Origin: Geosiphon pyriformis uo1
Lineage: Eukaryota > Fungi > Glomeromycota
Direction: 5' to 3'
NCBI GenBank assembly: GCA_016748015.1
Contig: JAAOMT010000294.1
Location: forward strand, 226,541-290,540
Length of the DNA: 64,000 nucleotides
The notes under the pieces are model-generated. The model did no database searches. It saw only the letters and a program-made list of their open reading frames with translations, and was not told the DNA's origin. Of the stretch, positions 1 to 13,467 are shown one piece after another (within the stretch, counting starts at the first letter, position 1; every line of letters starts with the position of its first letter). Made by a program: the position numbers and the translations under genes.

Positions 1-3000
1 ATTTTCTTTTTTTTCTTTTCTTTTGTTATCTCAAAAAAGTATTGATGGTAGTTTATTGTGCTTGTTTTCAGTCTATAAGACTTAATAAGCTTCCCAAATA
101 AGTTTTTTTTTCTTTGAACTTGATTAGTAGTAATTGAATAGTGGTACTTATTTTGAAATGGCTGTAAATAGCAGATACCTGAGTTTGCAAACTATCTTGA
201 TTGAACTGTAGCTCTTGGGTATTCTAGTTAAGCATAACATTGATTTTGAACAGTCAGTTATTATTAATTAGTATTTTGTACTGTATGGCTTTTATTACCA
301 ACACTTTGATTGGTGCTATAATACTATTAATTTTAAACAAAAAATTGTCAATCTCACTAATAGGCATTTTTGTCATTCTATTGACAGTAATAATCCTAAT
401 ACTAACAGTATAATTAACTTGGCAACCTAATTGGTTCATAAAATATCATATAATAATGCTGCTTACTAAACTACTATTAAGAATTAGCTTAATAGAATAG
501 CTATTAACTTTAGTATTAGTATATATAATGGTGGCTAATTTGGTATTAAGAGCAGTTCTACTAAATAATGATATTTCTAATGGGATCTCTAATTTAAAGG
601 AAAATATAATTACAAGTGATTTGTCTTCTGTGATAATTGCTAGTAGAATGTTGTTGGTAAGTATTTGGTTTTGGTTGGTTTTTTGTTGGTTGAATTGGGC
701 ATTTTTTGGAGTAACTAGAAGACTTAAATAGTTTTGGAAATTCAGGTTCTGGGTGTATTCACTTCTTGAATTTCTGAGACATAATCTTGATGGTTAGTTT
801 GGTAAATTAGAGATTGGCTGGTATATAATCATTGTTAATCTTCAATATTATTGAGTGTAGATAATCTTTGGTCTTTGGTTTTCAGTTGGTACTATATTTT
901 GAGACAATGCTAAAATTTGTTGGAATTAATAGATTACTTGTAACTATAGAGTTTAATAAATTACTAGTATTGAAGTTTGATAGATTAAAGATAAATATAT
1001 TGGTTGTTGTATTATTGTTACATAAGATAAAAAACATTGTTCTAATAACAAAGTGTTGGTAGAGTTCAGAGTTTAAAACTTGCAATTAAGATTTTAATAT
1101 TGATTTCCCAATCATTAATTATTTTTTCTTAAGCAACAATCTATTTTTAAGTAGCTTTGTTTACCACAATAATAGCAATTATGCATTTTCTGTTGTTATA
1201 GTTGATTTAATAATGATAATAGACATAACTGTTGTTGAAAACAGTTGAAATTTTCTGAATTTTTATGATGTTGTGAAGGTTGATAAATTGCCTAATTGTT
1301 AGCTAAATATTTTTCTAACTTTTGATTAATTAAATCACTGAATTGTTTTAATTTGGTATTCAATTCAAATGATCTGTTTATTACTAAATTTATGGTTTGA
1401 GCATAGTTAGTTTTGAGCTCAGCCAATTCAAAATCTTTGGTATGAGTGACTGCATTTTGAAAAATATTTGAGTGTATTAGATATACTCATTGCAAAAGCT
1501 ACTGTATAATCTGTAAATAAATTGATTCAAGATTTGTAATACTGTGAAATAGTCAACTTTAATTGCCTGAATTTAACACAGATTTTAATAGAAATATCTT
1601 GAATATGTAATGACTGCTTCTGTATTCTCTTGTTTAATTGTAGTAAAACTAGTTAATAGGCAGTTGATGCTATTGTTGTTACTAAAATATTGCAAAAATG
1701 TGGTTTTGAATATGACAAAATCTTATGGTTTGTTTACAAGATTCTGATATCATGAATTGATAGTATTCTATAGAAAATATGAGATGGCTTGAAGTGCTTT
1801 GGCATTGTTTCATCTATTGGCTACAATGGCTTTTCTTATATTATTGAATTATGCTTGGGCATTGTCTTCTTTACTAATAAACTTTTCAAGTTTGGCAATT
1901 GGTATATATACTATTTGTATAAGATATTGCTATTGTTGTAGTTGTTGTAATATGACAATTAATGCAATTGGTAGTTGATTGATCAAATTTACCAGAGGTA
2001 AATTTTGTGAGATAATCAGAGTTGAGTTTAGATTGTATGGGTTTTGCTAGATTAAAACAATCAAAGTTTGAATTTTAGGTTTTCTGAAATCAGGTTTTGA
2101 TTATAAATTTCTTGATTATTGTTTTTTTTTTCTTTTAAGTTGGTTCTTTTTCAAAAACTATTGGCTCTGAAATCTGGTTAAGGTGGTAGTAATTAAAGTT
2201 TTAATGGGATTGTTGGTTGTAATTTAAATTTTTTAAAGAAATTGTTATAGATTCCTAATAATCTGGCTTTTTTTTGATTGTTTTGAAATAATATTCTAAA
2301 TAATAATGTTTTTAATATTAATGGTAATATAGATTCTAATAATATGTGTATGATACTTTCTGGTGTATAATAGTATGATGAGTAAATAAATAAAACAACT
2401 CTTGGTTTTTTTCAAGTGAGTGGTTGTATTTGTCTTACAATTTTTGCTGGAGTTTGTAATTTTTTTTTGTCTATAAAAATAATAAAAAATCTCTGTTGTG
2501 TGTAATTTCTAATTTTTTTATTTATTTCTGTGATTATTGGTACAAACAGATGGTTTTTTGAAATAGTTTACTGTAAAAATTGTTAAGAGCAGCTCCTAGA
2601 TTTTTTTGGTCTTCTAAGTAGAATTTAATTTTTTTGTTAATGTAGAAATTTAAAATTAATTCTGTTGGCCAATTGTTACTTGTTAATCCAAGATGACTTT
2701 AATAATGTTAAAATAAAGATTTCGTGAATTCTAAATAATTTTTTTTATAATTTCTTGGTCTGTCACTTTTTTGAATAGTTGCTGTTGATATTGGTTCTCT
2801 GTTAGATTATATCTTATAGGAAGCACCAAATATTACAGATAATTATTTGAAGTGTTAATACAAATAATAAATCTGTAACTTGGTGCTCAATAGCTTAATA
2901 ATTTTAGTAATATCTGAAGGTTTTGGTTGAGTTTTTTGTATAATAAACAAAGATTCAATAGTTGTTTCAGTACTCTCCTAAAAGCTTATTCTATGAATTT

Positions 3001-3677
3001 TTTTTTCAGCTTAATGGCCAGTTTCTTTTGGTAAGCTATCTTTAATTTTTGAGTATTTATTCTTGTTTCATAAGTTTTTTACCAGTCCTTCCTTAACATC
3101 AATAATTCAGTGCTTAATTTTTTTAATCAGTTAGTAAAACAACAAAACAAAACAAAAAAAATAAAAAAAAATAAAAAAAATAAAAAAAAATAAAAAAAAA
3201 ATAAAAAATTAGTATTTTATTAATAGCTGTGATTAAAAACTATTGTTCTAGTATAATTAAGTATTAGATTTTATCAACATAAAGTGTTAATCGTAGTAAA
3301 AATGATTACTATTCTTAATCAAGTGATAATAATATAGATTTGATAATAATAAATAATTTTATTAATATAAAAATGATTTTACTTTAAGTTATAAAAAACT
3401 ATTTTTTAAAAGAAAGATATTGTTCTAAATTAATTTGGAACTTTTATTGAATTTTTCTAAAATTGCTTTTTCTGCTTTTAACACTTTCACTAAATATATA
3501 TAATTTATATTATATGAGATTTCTTGAATTCCTTTAATTTCTTTAGCCAGGAATCTTAGAATTTTTGGAATCTTGTAATTTTTTAAGAAAAATCCTAAAA
3601 TTTTTTTTTTATTATGCCTATTTTTAATTGGTTATTTTATATTCTTATTAAGAATTCTTAAATTTCTATAAGTAATA
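1..3677 (-). mobile_element. Degenerate Ty3/Gypsy LTR retrotransposon copy 1 (5' LTR, PBS, gag, protease; runs off the left edge)
   Basis: 1-2830 is colinear with ~9680-12545 (copy 2). The decayed aspartic-protease motif reads LILNSSLVSS on the minus strand at ~457-490 (LILDSGSARS in the younger element at ~50390). PBS/LTR junction gcaccaaa|tattac at 2830/2831. Many stops. Confidence 0.85.
2831..3677 (-). repeat. 5' LTR of Gypsy copy 1
   Basis: Starts tattac (decayed TGTTAC) beside the PBS and ends agtaata (decayed GTAACA). The left and middle parts align with 12546 onward; the right (U3) part is diverged. Confidence 0.75.
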
Positions 3678-4384
3678 CTGGTTTAATCTGACAGTTGTGC
3701 TCTTTTGATAAGCTATTCTTAAATTTCTATTCTTATTTTTGGGTCTTTTACCAAGTTATTTTTGATATCAAATACTCAGTGCTTAATTTTTTTAATCAAT
3801 TAGTAAACAACAAAGAAAATAAAATAAAAAAAATAAAAAAAAAATAAAAAATTAGTATTCTGTTAATAGCCATAATTAAGAGTTATTAATTCAATATAGA
3901 TAGAATAGAAGTAATTAATATGGTCTTAATTAAGTAATGGTAACATAAATTCAGATAATAATTGATATTTTATTAATATGTAATTTAATTCTGTATTAAG
4001 TTGTAAAAAACTATCTTTTTAAAAAAAAAGTTTTATATAATTAATAGTTTTAACTAATTTGTTTGTATTAATTCTGTTTTTTCTGTTTTTAATACTTTTA
4101 CTATATATACATAATTTTTGTTATATAAGATTTCATATTTTTTTGAATCATGTGCCTTATTTTCTTTAATAATATGCTTATTGCTAAGCAATATGCCATA
4201 ATTTTCTAATAATATGTTTATTGTTGAGCAGTGTGCTTTAATTTACTAACAATATACATATTACTAAACAATATATTGTAATTTTTTAATATTGTGTTTA
4301 TTCACTAAGTATTATTCTCTTATTGGTCTATTTTTTTATCTGTTTTTTCTATTTTTCTTTTTTGTACTTTTTCTATAAGTAATA
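3678..4384 (-). repeat. 3' LTR of Gypsy copy 2 (its left ~185 bp are missing here)
   Basis: Aligns with ~12731-13467 (ctggtttaatctgacagttgtgc vs ccagtttaatttaacagtcatgc) and shares the 40 bp repeat array. Ends agtaata, followed by the PPT complement. Confidence 0.8.
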
Positions 4385-7300
4385 TTATCTTTTTTTTTAA
4401 TATTAAGTTCCATTAAAATCTTTATTTTAAATTAAGCCCATTACTTTTTTTTAATATTGTTTGTTTAATTCTGTTCCTTATTTTTTCATATTGAAAGTTA
4501 TTTATTTTTCTTTACTGATTAACAGTTATCATTTTTATTTCTTAGTATAGTAGTATTTCTAAATAATTTTGAAATATGGTGTGTAATTAGTAAATTGTTT
4601 TGATGTATAATATAGAATTTGTCTTTTTTTTAATAAAATTTTCAATCTGTTGTACTATTTTTTAATTGAATATTTTTTTGGATTTATTGATATATAATTC
4701 TTAAATATTCAGTTTTGTTTCAACTAATAATAACAGTATGATACTAGAAGTTGTTCTATTTATAGTTTTTAGTTTTTTTTAGTTAACTTTTTTGTTAAGA
4801 TCATCAGTAGTATTTTTCCAAAAGTGTTCTTTACTTTTTTTATAACTTTATCTGACTATTGCTTTGTTTGGTTTTATAGTTACTAATATGAAATAATTCT
4901 TGTTTTTTTTTCTCTTTAATGTTTCAATAGCAAATTTTTTGGTAATTGATAATAATTTCTATGTCTAATTGTTATTAATTTATGGCCTGAAATAATTGTT
5001 AAATTATTGTGTGGATGTGGTCTGGGATTTTCATTTTTTATTGTTGCTTTTGCCACATATTTTGTGTTTTTATATATCATTTTTGTAGATCAATTTGACA
5101 TGTTTGTGTTAATAATTATTATTGGTTCTAAATTTTGTGGAATCTTATCTGGTTGGATTAATATTTGTTGTACTTTTAGTTGTAAAATATTATTGATAGA
5201 TGATAATACTATATTGTAATATAATTTTAGTCGATTTCCATATGCTGCTTTAACTAAAATTTTGTTATCTTATCTTAATTTATAAGCTTTATTTCCTATA
5301 ATTTTTTCAATATAAAATAGTCCATCCTATTTGGGGTCAAATTTTTCACTCCATTGTTTTTCCACTTTGGTATAATATAAAAGTACTTTGTTTTTAATCT
5401 TGAATTCAACTGGTTTATTTGGTAATTAATTATTATGTTATTTTTTTTGTTTTATTTGTGACTTTTAAATATTATTAGCTGTTTTTCATCTTTTGTTTTT
5501 TAATATTTTTATTAAGTCATATGTTTTTTTTAACAATGTTCTTTGAAAGTTGGCTTCTGTTATTGGTTTTGTTGAATATGTATTGATAACTATCTTAATT
5601 AGTAATATTGCTGTTTTACTGTAAACAAGTTTAAATGGTGTTGTTTGTATAATATTTTGTTTCATTGTTTAATAAGCAAATAATACTGATGATATAAACA
5701 AATTCCATTCATTCTGGTTTTTTTGGCTAATCTTGGCTATTGCTTTACACAATATTCTGTTGAATTTTTTGATTAAGCCATTTGTTTATAGATAATATAA
5801 TGATGATAATGGTTTTTTGATTTTAAATCTTTGACTTGGTTCTGTTAATGTTCTGTTCACAAAGTAAGTTTTTTGATCTGATAACAATTTTTTTGAGCAT
5901 TCATATTAACAAATTAAATCTTGGTGTACAAATTTGGCTACAAATTTTGCATCTGCTCTTTAAATTGTTTTTGCTTCTGGTTATTTTGTAAAATAATCTA
6001 TAGTTATTGCTATATATTTGTTGTTTCTGTTAGTTATTGTTAATGGTCTAACTAAGTTAATTTCAATTCAATTAAATAGTTGTTTCACTTTGATTGGTTT
6101 TAGTGATTTATTGGGTCTTGTTCTTCCTTTTTTCTGACAAACATTACAATTTTAAACATATTAAATAATGTCTGAATACATAAATAGCCAATAATATCTT
6201 TTTCTGGTTCTTTTTACAGTTGTTTTTTTATGAAAATGTCTTGCTATTAAATTTAAATACATGTTAAACAGTATTGTTTTTTCCTCTGGTTCTGTGATTA
6301 TTCTGAATAGTTGATTTGGATATTTTCTGTTTTTCTAATATAGTATATTTTAGTAAGTGATAAAATATTTTAATTGTTGTTTTATGTTGTTTTGTTCTTT
6401 TTGAGATAATTTTTTCTTAAATTGTTAAGTATTAATATAATGTTGAAGTTGTTGATATTTTTGTGTATTTATTTTTTGTTATATTTTTGGGTTGAAATAT
6501 TCTTAGATTTGTCTTATTTATAACAAACTATTAGCATTTCTATTTTTTTTTCTTTTTTTATAATATATATTATAATTAAATAGTGATAACTCTATTTTTT
6601 ATCTTGTATAATGATTGTTTTCAAATTTTTGTTTCTGTATTGATGTTAATCCCTTGTAATCAGTATATATATTACACTTTTGACTTAAGTATTTTTTTTA
6701 TTTAATAACAGTCCAATAGATAGCTAAGTGTTCTAATGCTGGAGTTTTATAGTTTTTTTCAGCTGGACTTAAATTTTGGCTGACATATGCCACTAAATAT
6801 TTTTGTTTATTCATTCCTTTTTGTGACAATACAACTTTTAATACTTGACCAAATATATTAGTAGTAATAATAAATGGCTTGTTGTGATCTGAATAAATTA
6901 ATACTAGAGCTTAAATAAGCTTTCTTTTTAAGATATTAAAAGCTTCTTATTGGGTTTTAGTTCATTCATATTTAATATTTTTTGCTTAGAACTGGTAAAA
7001 TAGTTAAGCCAATTTAGAAAAGTTTTGAATAAAGCAGCAATAATATTCAGCAAATTCTAAAAATGTTCTTAATTTTGTCAAGTTTGTTAATACTAAAAAG
7101 TTCTTAATTATTTTAATTTTGTTTGGGTTTGTTTTAATGCTGTTTTTGCTTATAACATATTCCAAAAACTTGAGTTCAGTTTTGTCAAAAAAGTATTTAA
7201 TTGCATTTAACTTTTAAATACTTGTTAAAGATAGTAAAAATAGTTATTGAATATTTTAAAAAACACATTATTGTTATTCAAGTAAACTACTACTAATTTC

Positions 7301-8269
7301 TATAATAATTTAGTATAAACAATTTTTATAAACTATTGGAAGATAATTGAAGTATTGGTTAAGCCAAAAAACATAATATTAAATTCAAAATTTTTTTCTC
7401 TGGTAGTGAATGCTGTCTTCTCTATGTTGGTTAAATTTATGGCTACTTGCCAATAATTACTATTTAAGTCTAATATTGAAAACCATTTTTTTCCTTTAAA
7501 AGCATCAAATAACTCTTGGATTTGTAAAGTTAAATAGCTATCTTTATAAGTAATACTGTTAAGTTTTCTGTAATCTACACAAAAGTGAATTTTTCTATTT
7601 TTTTTATGAATAAATACTACTGATAATAACCATAGGCTCATTAATGATTAAATTAATCTGTTGTTCAATATTTGGTTGATTTTTTATCAGATGATCTCAT
7701 GACTGACAGATGGTATTTTGTATGCTCTTTGTTTAATTAATATTATATTTCCAGTTTTAATCTGGTATTGAATAATGTCAGTTCTGCCAAATTTATTTTT
7801 ATTAACAAAAATGTTCATGAAGTTGTTAAGTAATATTTTGAGTTGCATTAATTAAAATGAGTCTAAATTTCTCAAGTTTATTTGTTTTAATTGTTTTGAC
7901 TACAACAAATAACACTTTTTTTGTTTATATATAATTTGCAATATGATGTCCACATATTTGCAAAGCTGTAAAAAGTCTAAAATAGTGGTAGATACTTGAT
8001 TTTTAATTTTAGTACTTAAGTATTTGATAGTGGTTCTACTTGGTATTTTTATAGAATCTTTAATTGTGTTGTATATTGGAATTTTGATGTGTTTGTTGTT
8101 CTTGGCTAGTATATAGAGATTGGTAATGACAATCTTTCCTGATTTACAAATGTTTGTTTTAGCTTTAAAAATTTGAATTTGGTCTTTTATCTTTTTTTCT
8201 ATAATTATCATATACTGGTTATATAGTAAAATAAAAATTGATTAATAAGTAGACATAATTTCTTTCTTA

Positions 8270-8620
8270 TTAATTGTTTTTTTTTGTCATATTAACTGGT
8301 ATATTTATTTTATCTATTGATTTGAATCTTTTTATCTTTTTTGCTGTAATCTCTAACTTTTCTCTTGTTTTTACTGATATTAACTGAGCTATTTTAACCA
8401 AAAACAGAAATATTGTCTGTGTTATTTTTTTATTTAGTTTAATTATATATTCTTTTTCTAAGTTATTTTGTAGTATTGCAATTATATTTTTTACATATTC
8501 TGTATTAATTATTTCTCTTCTGATATTAATTTCTTTTTTTGTTAAACTAGATTTAAAGACTAGTTGAACTATTGTCATTGCTAGAATTTTCAGTACTATT
8601 TTTAATATTAATATGTGAAT
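8270..8620 (-). pseudogene. Degenerate retroelement dUTPase (copy 2)
   Basis: INIRREIINTEYVKNIIAILQN...ITQTIFLFL...REKLEITAKKIKRFKS aligns residue by residue with INVRGGIIDAGYTGDITVMLQN...IAQAIYLPL...REQLGKSDRRTQGFGS of the younger element. Most differences are explained by G>A/C>T. Confidence 0.8.
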
Positions 8621-11600
8621 GAAGTTCCAATCTGATGGCAGCTTTTTTTAAATACCTAAAATCAAACCTTATATTAGTATTATACATGCATTCTAACATA
8701 ATATTTTCATTATTATTGTTAAACTATTTTAATTCCTGCTCTATTGACAAATCTGAAAATACAATATATTATTTGGAGTTGGAATTAGAGTTTGAATTAT
8801 TATTATTACTATTGTTATTGTAAATGAAATTAGACTTATTGTTGTTATTATTATTATCAAAATCTGAATTATAATTGATTTTCAATTCTGATTTTAATGC
8901 ACATTTACTGATTAATTTTTCTTTTTTAAAGATTAAATAAATTATATATAGTAGTAAATTGTAAATAAGGTCACAATTATTACAATATTTGAAGTTACTA
9001 AGAATTAGACAATATTTACAAAGTCTAGTATTTAATTATTCTAAACACTGTTTTTTTTTTTTTAGTAAATACTAAGTCTTGGTAGTGTTTGTAGAATTGT
9101 TTTGAACTGTTTAGAATATTAAAAAATGCATCTGGATTGGGAATAAGAATAGTTTTAATAGGTTTTGGTAGATTGTTCTTAATTGTGATTATTTTACTGG
9201 GCAAAGTGCTTTTAACTTTAACACTTGTCATTTGCCAAATTTTGTCTTTATTATGTGAGTAATTATTTAAGCATGAAAGTACTTAGTTTTATGTAATATT
9301 AAAAAAAATTTTTTGACTTACCTAGTTACTAATAAAAATTGTGTATTAACATAATGCATTGTATGTTTTTTTTTGACCAGGAATGTTATTTTACATTCCT
9401 TTATTGAGTAACATTTCTCCACAAATGAGACATGGTTTATTGTTCCACTTTTTTTGTCATTTAGGATAACCAAAATATTCTTTGTAATACAGTTTGCAGT
9501 AGTAATAAGTGTGTGTTTAGTAGTTTTTTTCTGGCAAGATCTAAGCTTTTATAAAGAAAAACTTTTACTTGTAATCTATATACTTAAAGAAAATATATGT
9601 CAGTTCTTTTTTTGTATTTATAGAGTATGATCTATTCTATACACTGGTTATTTTTTTGGTAGTTGTGGTAGTTTTTGGCTTATCTTCTTCTTTTTTTTTT
9701 CTTTATTATCACAAGAAAGTATTAGTGGTAATTTGTTGTATTTATCTTCAGTCTACAAAACTTGATAGACTTTTCAGATAGGTTTTTTTTTCTCTTTCTT
9801 CAACTTAATCAATGGTTGTTTTCTTAAAGAAGCTTTAAAATGCTCACAAGTAGCTGATATTTAAGTTTGAGTTGTAGCTTTTATATAATTCAATTAAGTA
9901 CAGTGTTGGTTTTGGATAGCCAGTTATTATTAACAAAAACTTGATATTACATGGCTTCTATTATGAAAACTTTGATAGATACTATAATACCATTGACTTT
10001 AAACAAAAAGTCATTGATTTTGCCAATAAGAGTTTTGGTGGCCTCATTAGCAGTAATAATTCTGGCACTAGTAGCACAATCAACTTGGCAATTTAATTGG
10101 TTCATGAATTGTTGTGTAATAATATTGTTTGCTAAACCACTATTAAGAATTAATTTGATAAGATAGCCATTGATTTTAACATTAGTATATATAGCAGTAA
10201 TTGGTTTGGTGTTGAGAGCAGCTTTACTAAATAATGGTGTTTTTGATTAAGTTTTTAATTTAAAGAGAAAAATAGTGGCAAGTAATTTGTCTTTGGTAAC
10301 AGTTGTTAGTGAAATATTGTTAGTAAGTGGTTGTTAATTGGTTTTCAAATTGTTAGATGAGTTGGTTTCTGGGATGACTAAAAGACTTAAATAGTTTTGG
10401 AAATTCAGGTTTTAAGTGTATTTACTTTCTGAACTCCACTGACATGATCTTGATAGTTGATTTAATAAACTGAAGATTGGTTGGTATATTACCATTACTG
10501 ATTTTTAATTTTGTTGTATATGAATAATTCTTGGCTTTTAGTTGCTGGTTGACATTTGAACTAGGTTTTGTGGCAGTGCTTAAATTGGTTGTGATTAATA
10601 GATAACTTGTGGCTGTGGCTAATAGATGACTGGTGCTGAAGTTTGATATACTAAAGATAAGTATATTGGTTGTTGTGTCATTAGAATATAATAAGATTAA
10701 TATTGTTTCTAATTCAGAATATAATTCAGAATTTAGAACCAATAATCAGAATTTTAATATTGATTTCCTGATTATTGGTTATTTAACTTTGTATTACAAT
10801 CTAATTTTAAGTGTCTTTATTTACCACAATAATAACAGATACACATTTTTTGTTACCATAATTGATTGGTTAATGAGAATAATGAATGTGATTGATTTTA
10901 GAAACAATTGGAGTTTTCTTAATTGTTATAATGTTGTAGATACTAATAAATTGCTTGATTGTTAGCTAAATATCTCTCAATTTTTTGATTGATAATTTTA
11001 CCAAATTGTTTCAATTTGGTATTTAATTCAGATAATTTGTTCATTACTAGGTTTATGGCTTAGATATGGTTGGCTTTAAATTTGGCTAATTCAAAATTTC
11101 TGGCATGTATAACTGTGTCTTGAAAAATGTTTGAGTGTATTAGACATATTTGTTGTAATAAACTACTGTATAATTTATGGATAAACTGGTTCAAGATTTG
11201 TGTTTTGGTAAAATAGTTAGCTTAAATTGCCTGTATTTGGTGCAAATTTCTATAGAAATATCCCAAGTAAATGGTAATTGCTTCAGTATCATCTTGTTTA
11301 ATTGTAATAAAACTAATTAATAACCAATTAATGCTATTGTAATTACTAAAGTATTGTAGAAACACAGTTTTAAACATGTTAAAGATTTGTGGCTTGTTGA
11401 TAAAATTTTAATACTATAAATCAGCAGTATTTTGTAAGAAGTACAGAATGACTTAAAGAGCTCTAACATTATCCCAGTTAATGACTGTAATTGCTTTGGT
11501 TATGTTATTTAACTATGTTTGGATATTGTCCTCTTTGTTAGTAAATTTTTCAAGTTTGGTAATGAGTGCATATGCCATTGGTACTAGTTATTGTTGTTGT

Positions 11601-12545
11601 GATAGTTGTTGTTATTGTTGTGATAATTGTTGTTAAGATTGTTGTTGTAGTGGAATAATTAATGTAACTGGTAGATTAATTACAATAACTGAAAATAAGT
11701 TTTGTTGAATAATAAGAGTGAGATTTAAATTGTTCAGGTTTAACAGAATTAAAACAATCAAAGTTTATATTTTCAGGTTATTTGAGATCAGGTTTTGGTT
11801 ATTATTTTTCTAATTGCTGTCTTCTTTTTCTTCCAGATCAGTATCTTTCTAATAACTGGTAGATCTGAAATCTGGTTGAAATAATAGTAATCAGAGTTCT
11901 GATAGTGTTGTTGGTCATAATTTAAATTCTTTAAAAAAATTGCTATAGATTCCTAATAATTTGGCTTTTTTTTAATTATTTTAGAATGAAATTTGAGGTA
12001 ATAGTGTTTTTTTTAGTTAATGATGATATAAATCCTGATGATATATGTATAGTACTTTCTGGTGTATGATAGTATGATGGATAAATGAGTAAAACAACTC
12101 TTGGTTTTTTTTAAGTAGGTGGTTGTATTTTTTTTGGTGTTTCTGTTGATGTTTATAATTTTTTTATGTTCATAAAAGTAAAAAAGAATTTTTGTTAAGT
12201 GTATTTTTCAATTTCTCTGTTTATTTTCGTGATTAGTAATGTAAACAAATGGTTTGGTAAAAGTGTGGTGCTTTGGAATAATTCATTGTAGAAATTGTTA
12301 AAGACAGCTTCTGGATTTTTTTAATTTTTAAATGGAATTTAATTTTTTTGTTAACATAAAAATTAAAAGCTAATTCTGCTAACCAATAGTTATTTGTTAA
12401 TTCAAAGTAAATTTAATAGTGTTAAAATAAGAATTTCGTGAATTTTAAATGATTTTCTTCTATGATTTCTTGGTCTGTCACTTTTCTGAATGGTTAATGT
12501 TAGTGCTGGTTTTCTGTTAAATTATATCTCACAGAGAGCACCAAA

Positions 12546-13467
12546 TATTACAAATAATTATTTGGAGTGTTGAAACAAATAACAAACTCATAACTTAGTG
12601 CTTAATAGTTAATAATGTTAGTAATATTTAAAGGTTTTTGGAGTCTAAAGATTTTGGTTAAGTTTTTTATATAATAAACAGAAATTCAATTAATAGTTTT
12701 TTCCATGAATTTCTTTTTTTAATGTAATGGCCAGTTTAATTTAACAGTCATGCTTTTTTGGTAAGTTATTCTTAAATTTCTATTCTTATTTCTAGGTTTT
12801 TTATCAAACTATTTTTAACATTAAATACTTAGCACTTAATTTTTTTAATCAATTAATAAACAACAAAAAAAATAAAATAAAAATAAAGTAAAAAAAATAA
12901 GAAATTAATATCTCATCAATAGCCATAATTAAAAACTATTGGTTTAATGTGATTAAGTTTTGAATTTTATCAACATAGAATATTGATAAAGTAGAAGTAA
13001 TTAATATGGCCTTAATTAAATAATAGTAACATGAATTTAGATAATAATTAATATTTTATTAATATGTGGTTTGATTCTGTTTTAAGTTATAGAAAACTAT
13101 CTTTTGAAGAGAAAGATATTGTATAATTAATAATTCTAACTGATTTGTTTATATCAATTCTGTTTTTTCTGCTTTTAACACTCTTATTATATATATATAA
13201 TTTTTGTTATATAAGATTTTATATTTTTTTGAGCAATGTGCCTTATTTTTTCTAACAATATGCTTATTGCTAAGCAATATGTTATGATTTTCTAACAATG
13301 TGCTCATTGTTGAGCAATGTACCTTAATTCACTAACAATGTGCATATTGCTAAACAATGTGTTGTAATTTTCTGATATTGTGCTCATTTGCTAAGTACTA
13401 TTCTCTTATTGGTCTATTTTTTTATCTGTTTTTTCTACTTTTTTTTGTACTTTTTCTATAAGTAACA
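12546..13467 (-). repeat. 5' LTR of Gypsy copy 2 (~920 bp)
   Basis: Begins tattac directly after gagcaccaaa (PBS complement) and ends agtaaca. Contains a 40 bp-period repeat at 13252/13292/13332/13372. Confidence 0.85.

Larger units (their letters stand above)
3678..13467 (-). mobile_element. Degenerate Ty3/Gypsy LTR retrotransposon copy 2 (gag-PR-Cys-rich-dUTPase-RT-RH-INT-extra region)
   Basis: RT fragment ORF 7333-7641 (FCVDYRKLN...FSILDL...YWQV...KTAFTT...FGLTN). dUTPase-like remnant 8270-8578. Protease LILNSGLA at ~10130-10155. Integrase remnants ~5300-6300. Direct repeats 3678-4384 and ~12731-13467. Pyrimidine run at 4385-4398 (+) is the PPT on the minus strand. Confidence 0.9.

Noticed and set aside
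3140-3208. (A9T)n-like tract that looks like a LINE poly(A) tail
   Set aside because: It sits inside an LTR, and shorter equivalents occur in the sibling LTRs (3810-3850, 12860-12905). It is a slippage-expanded, G>A-eroded purine tract.
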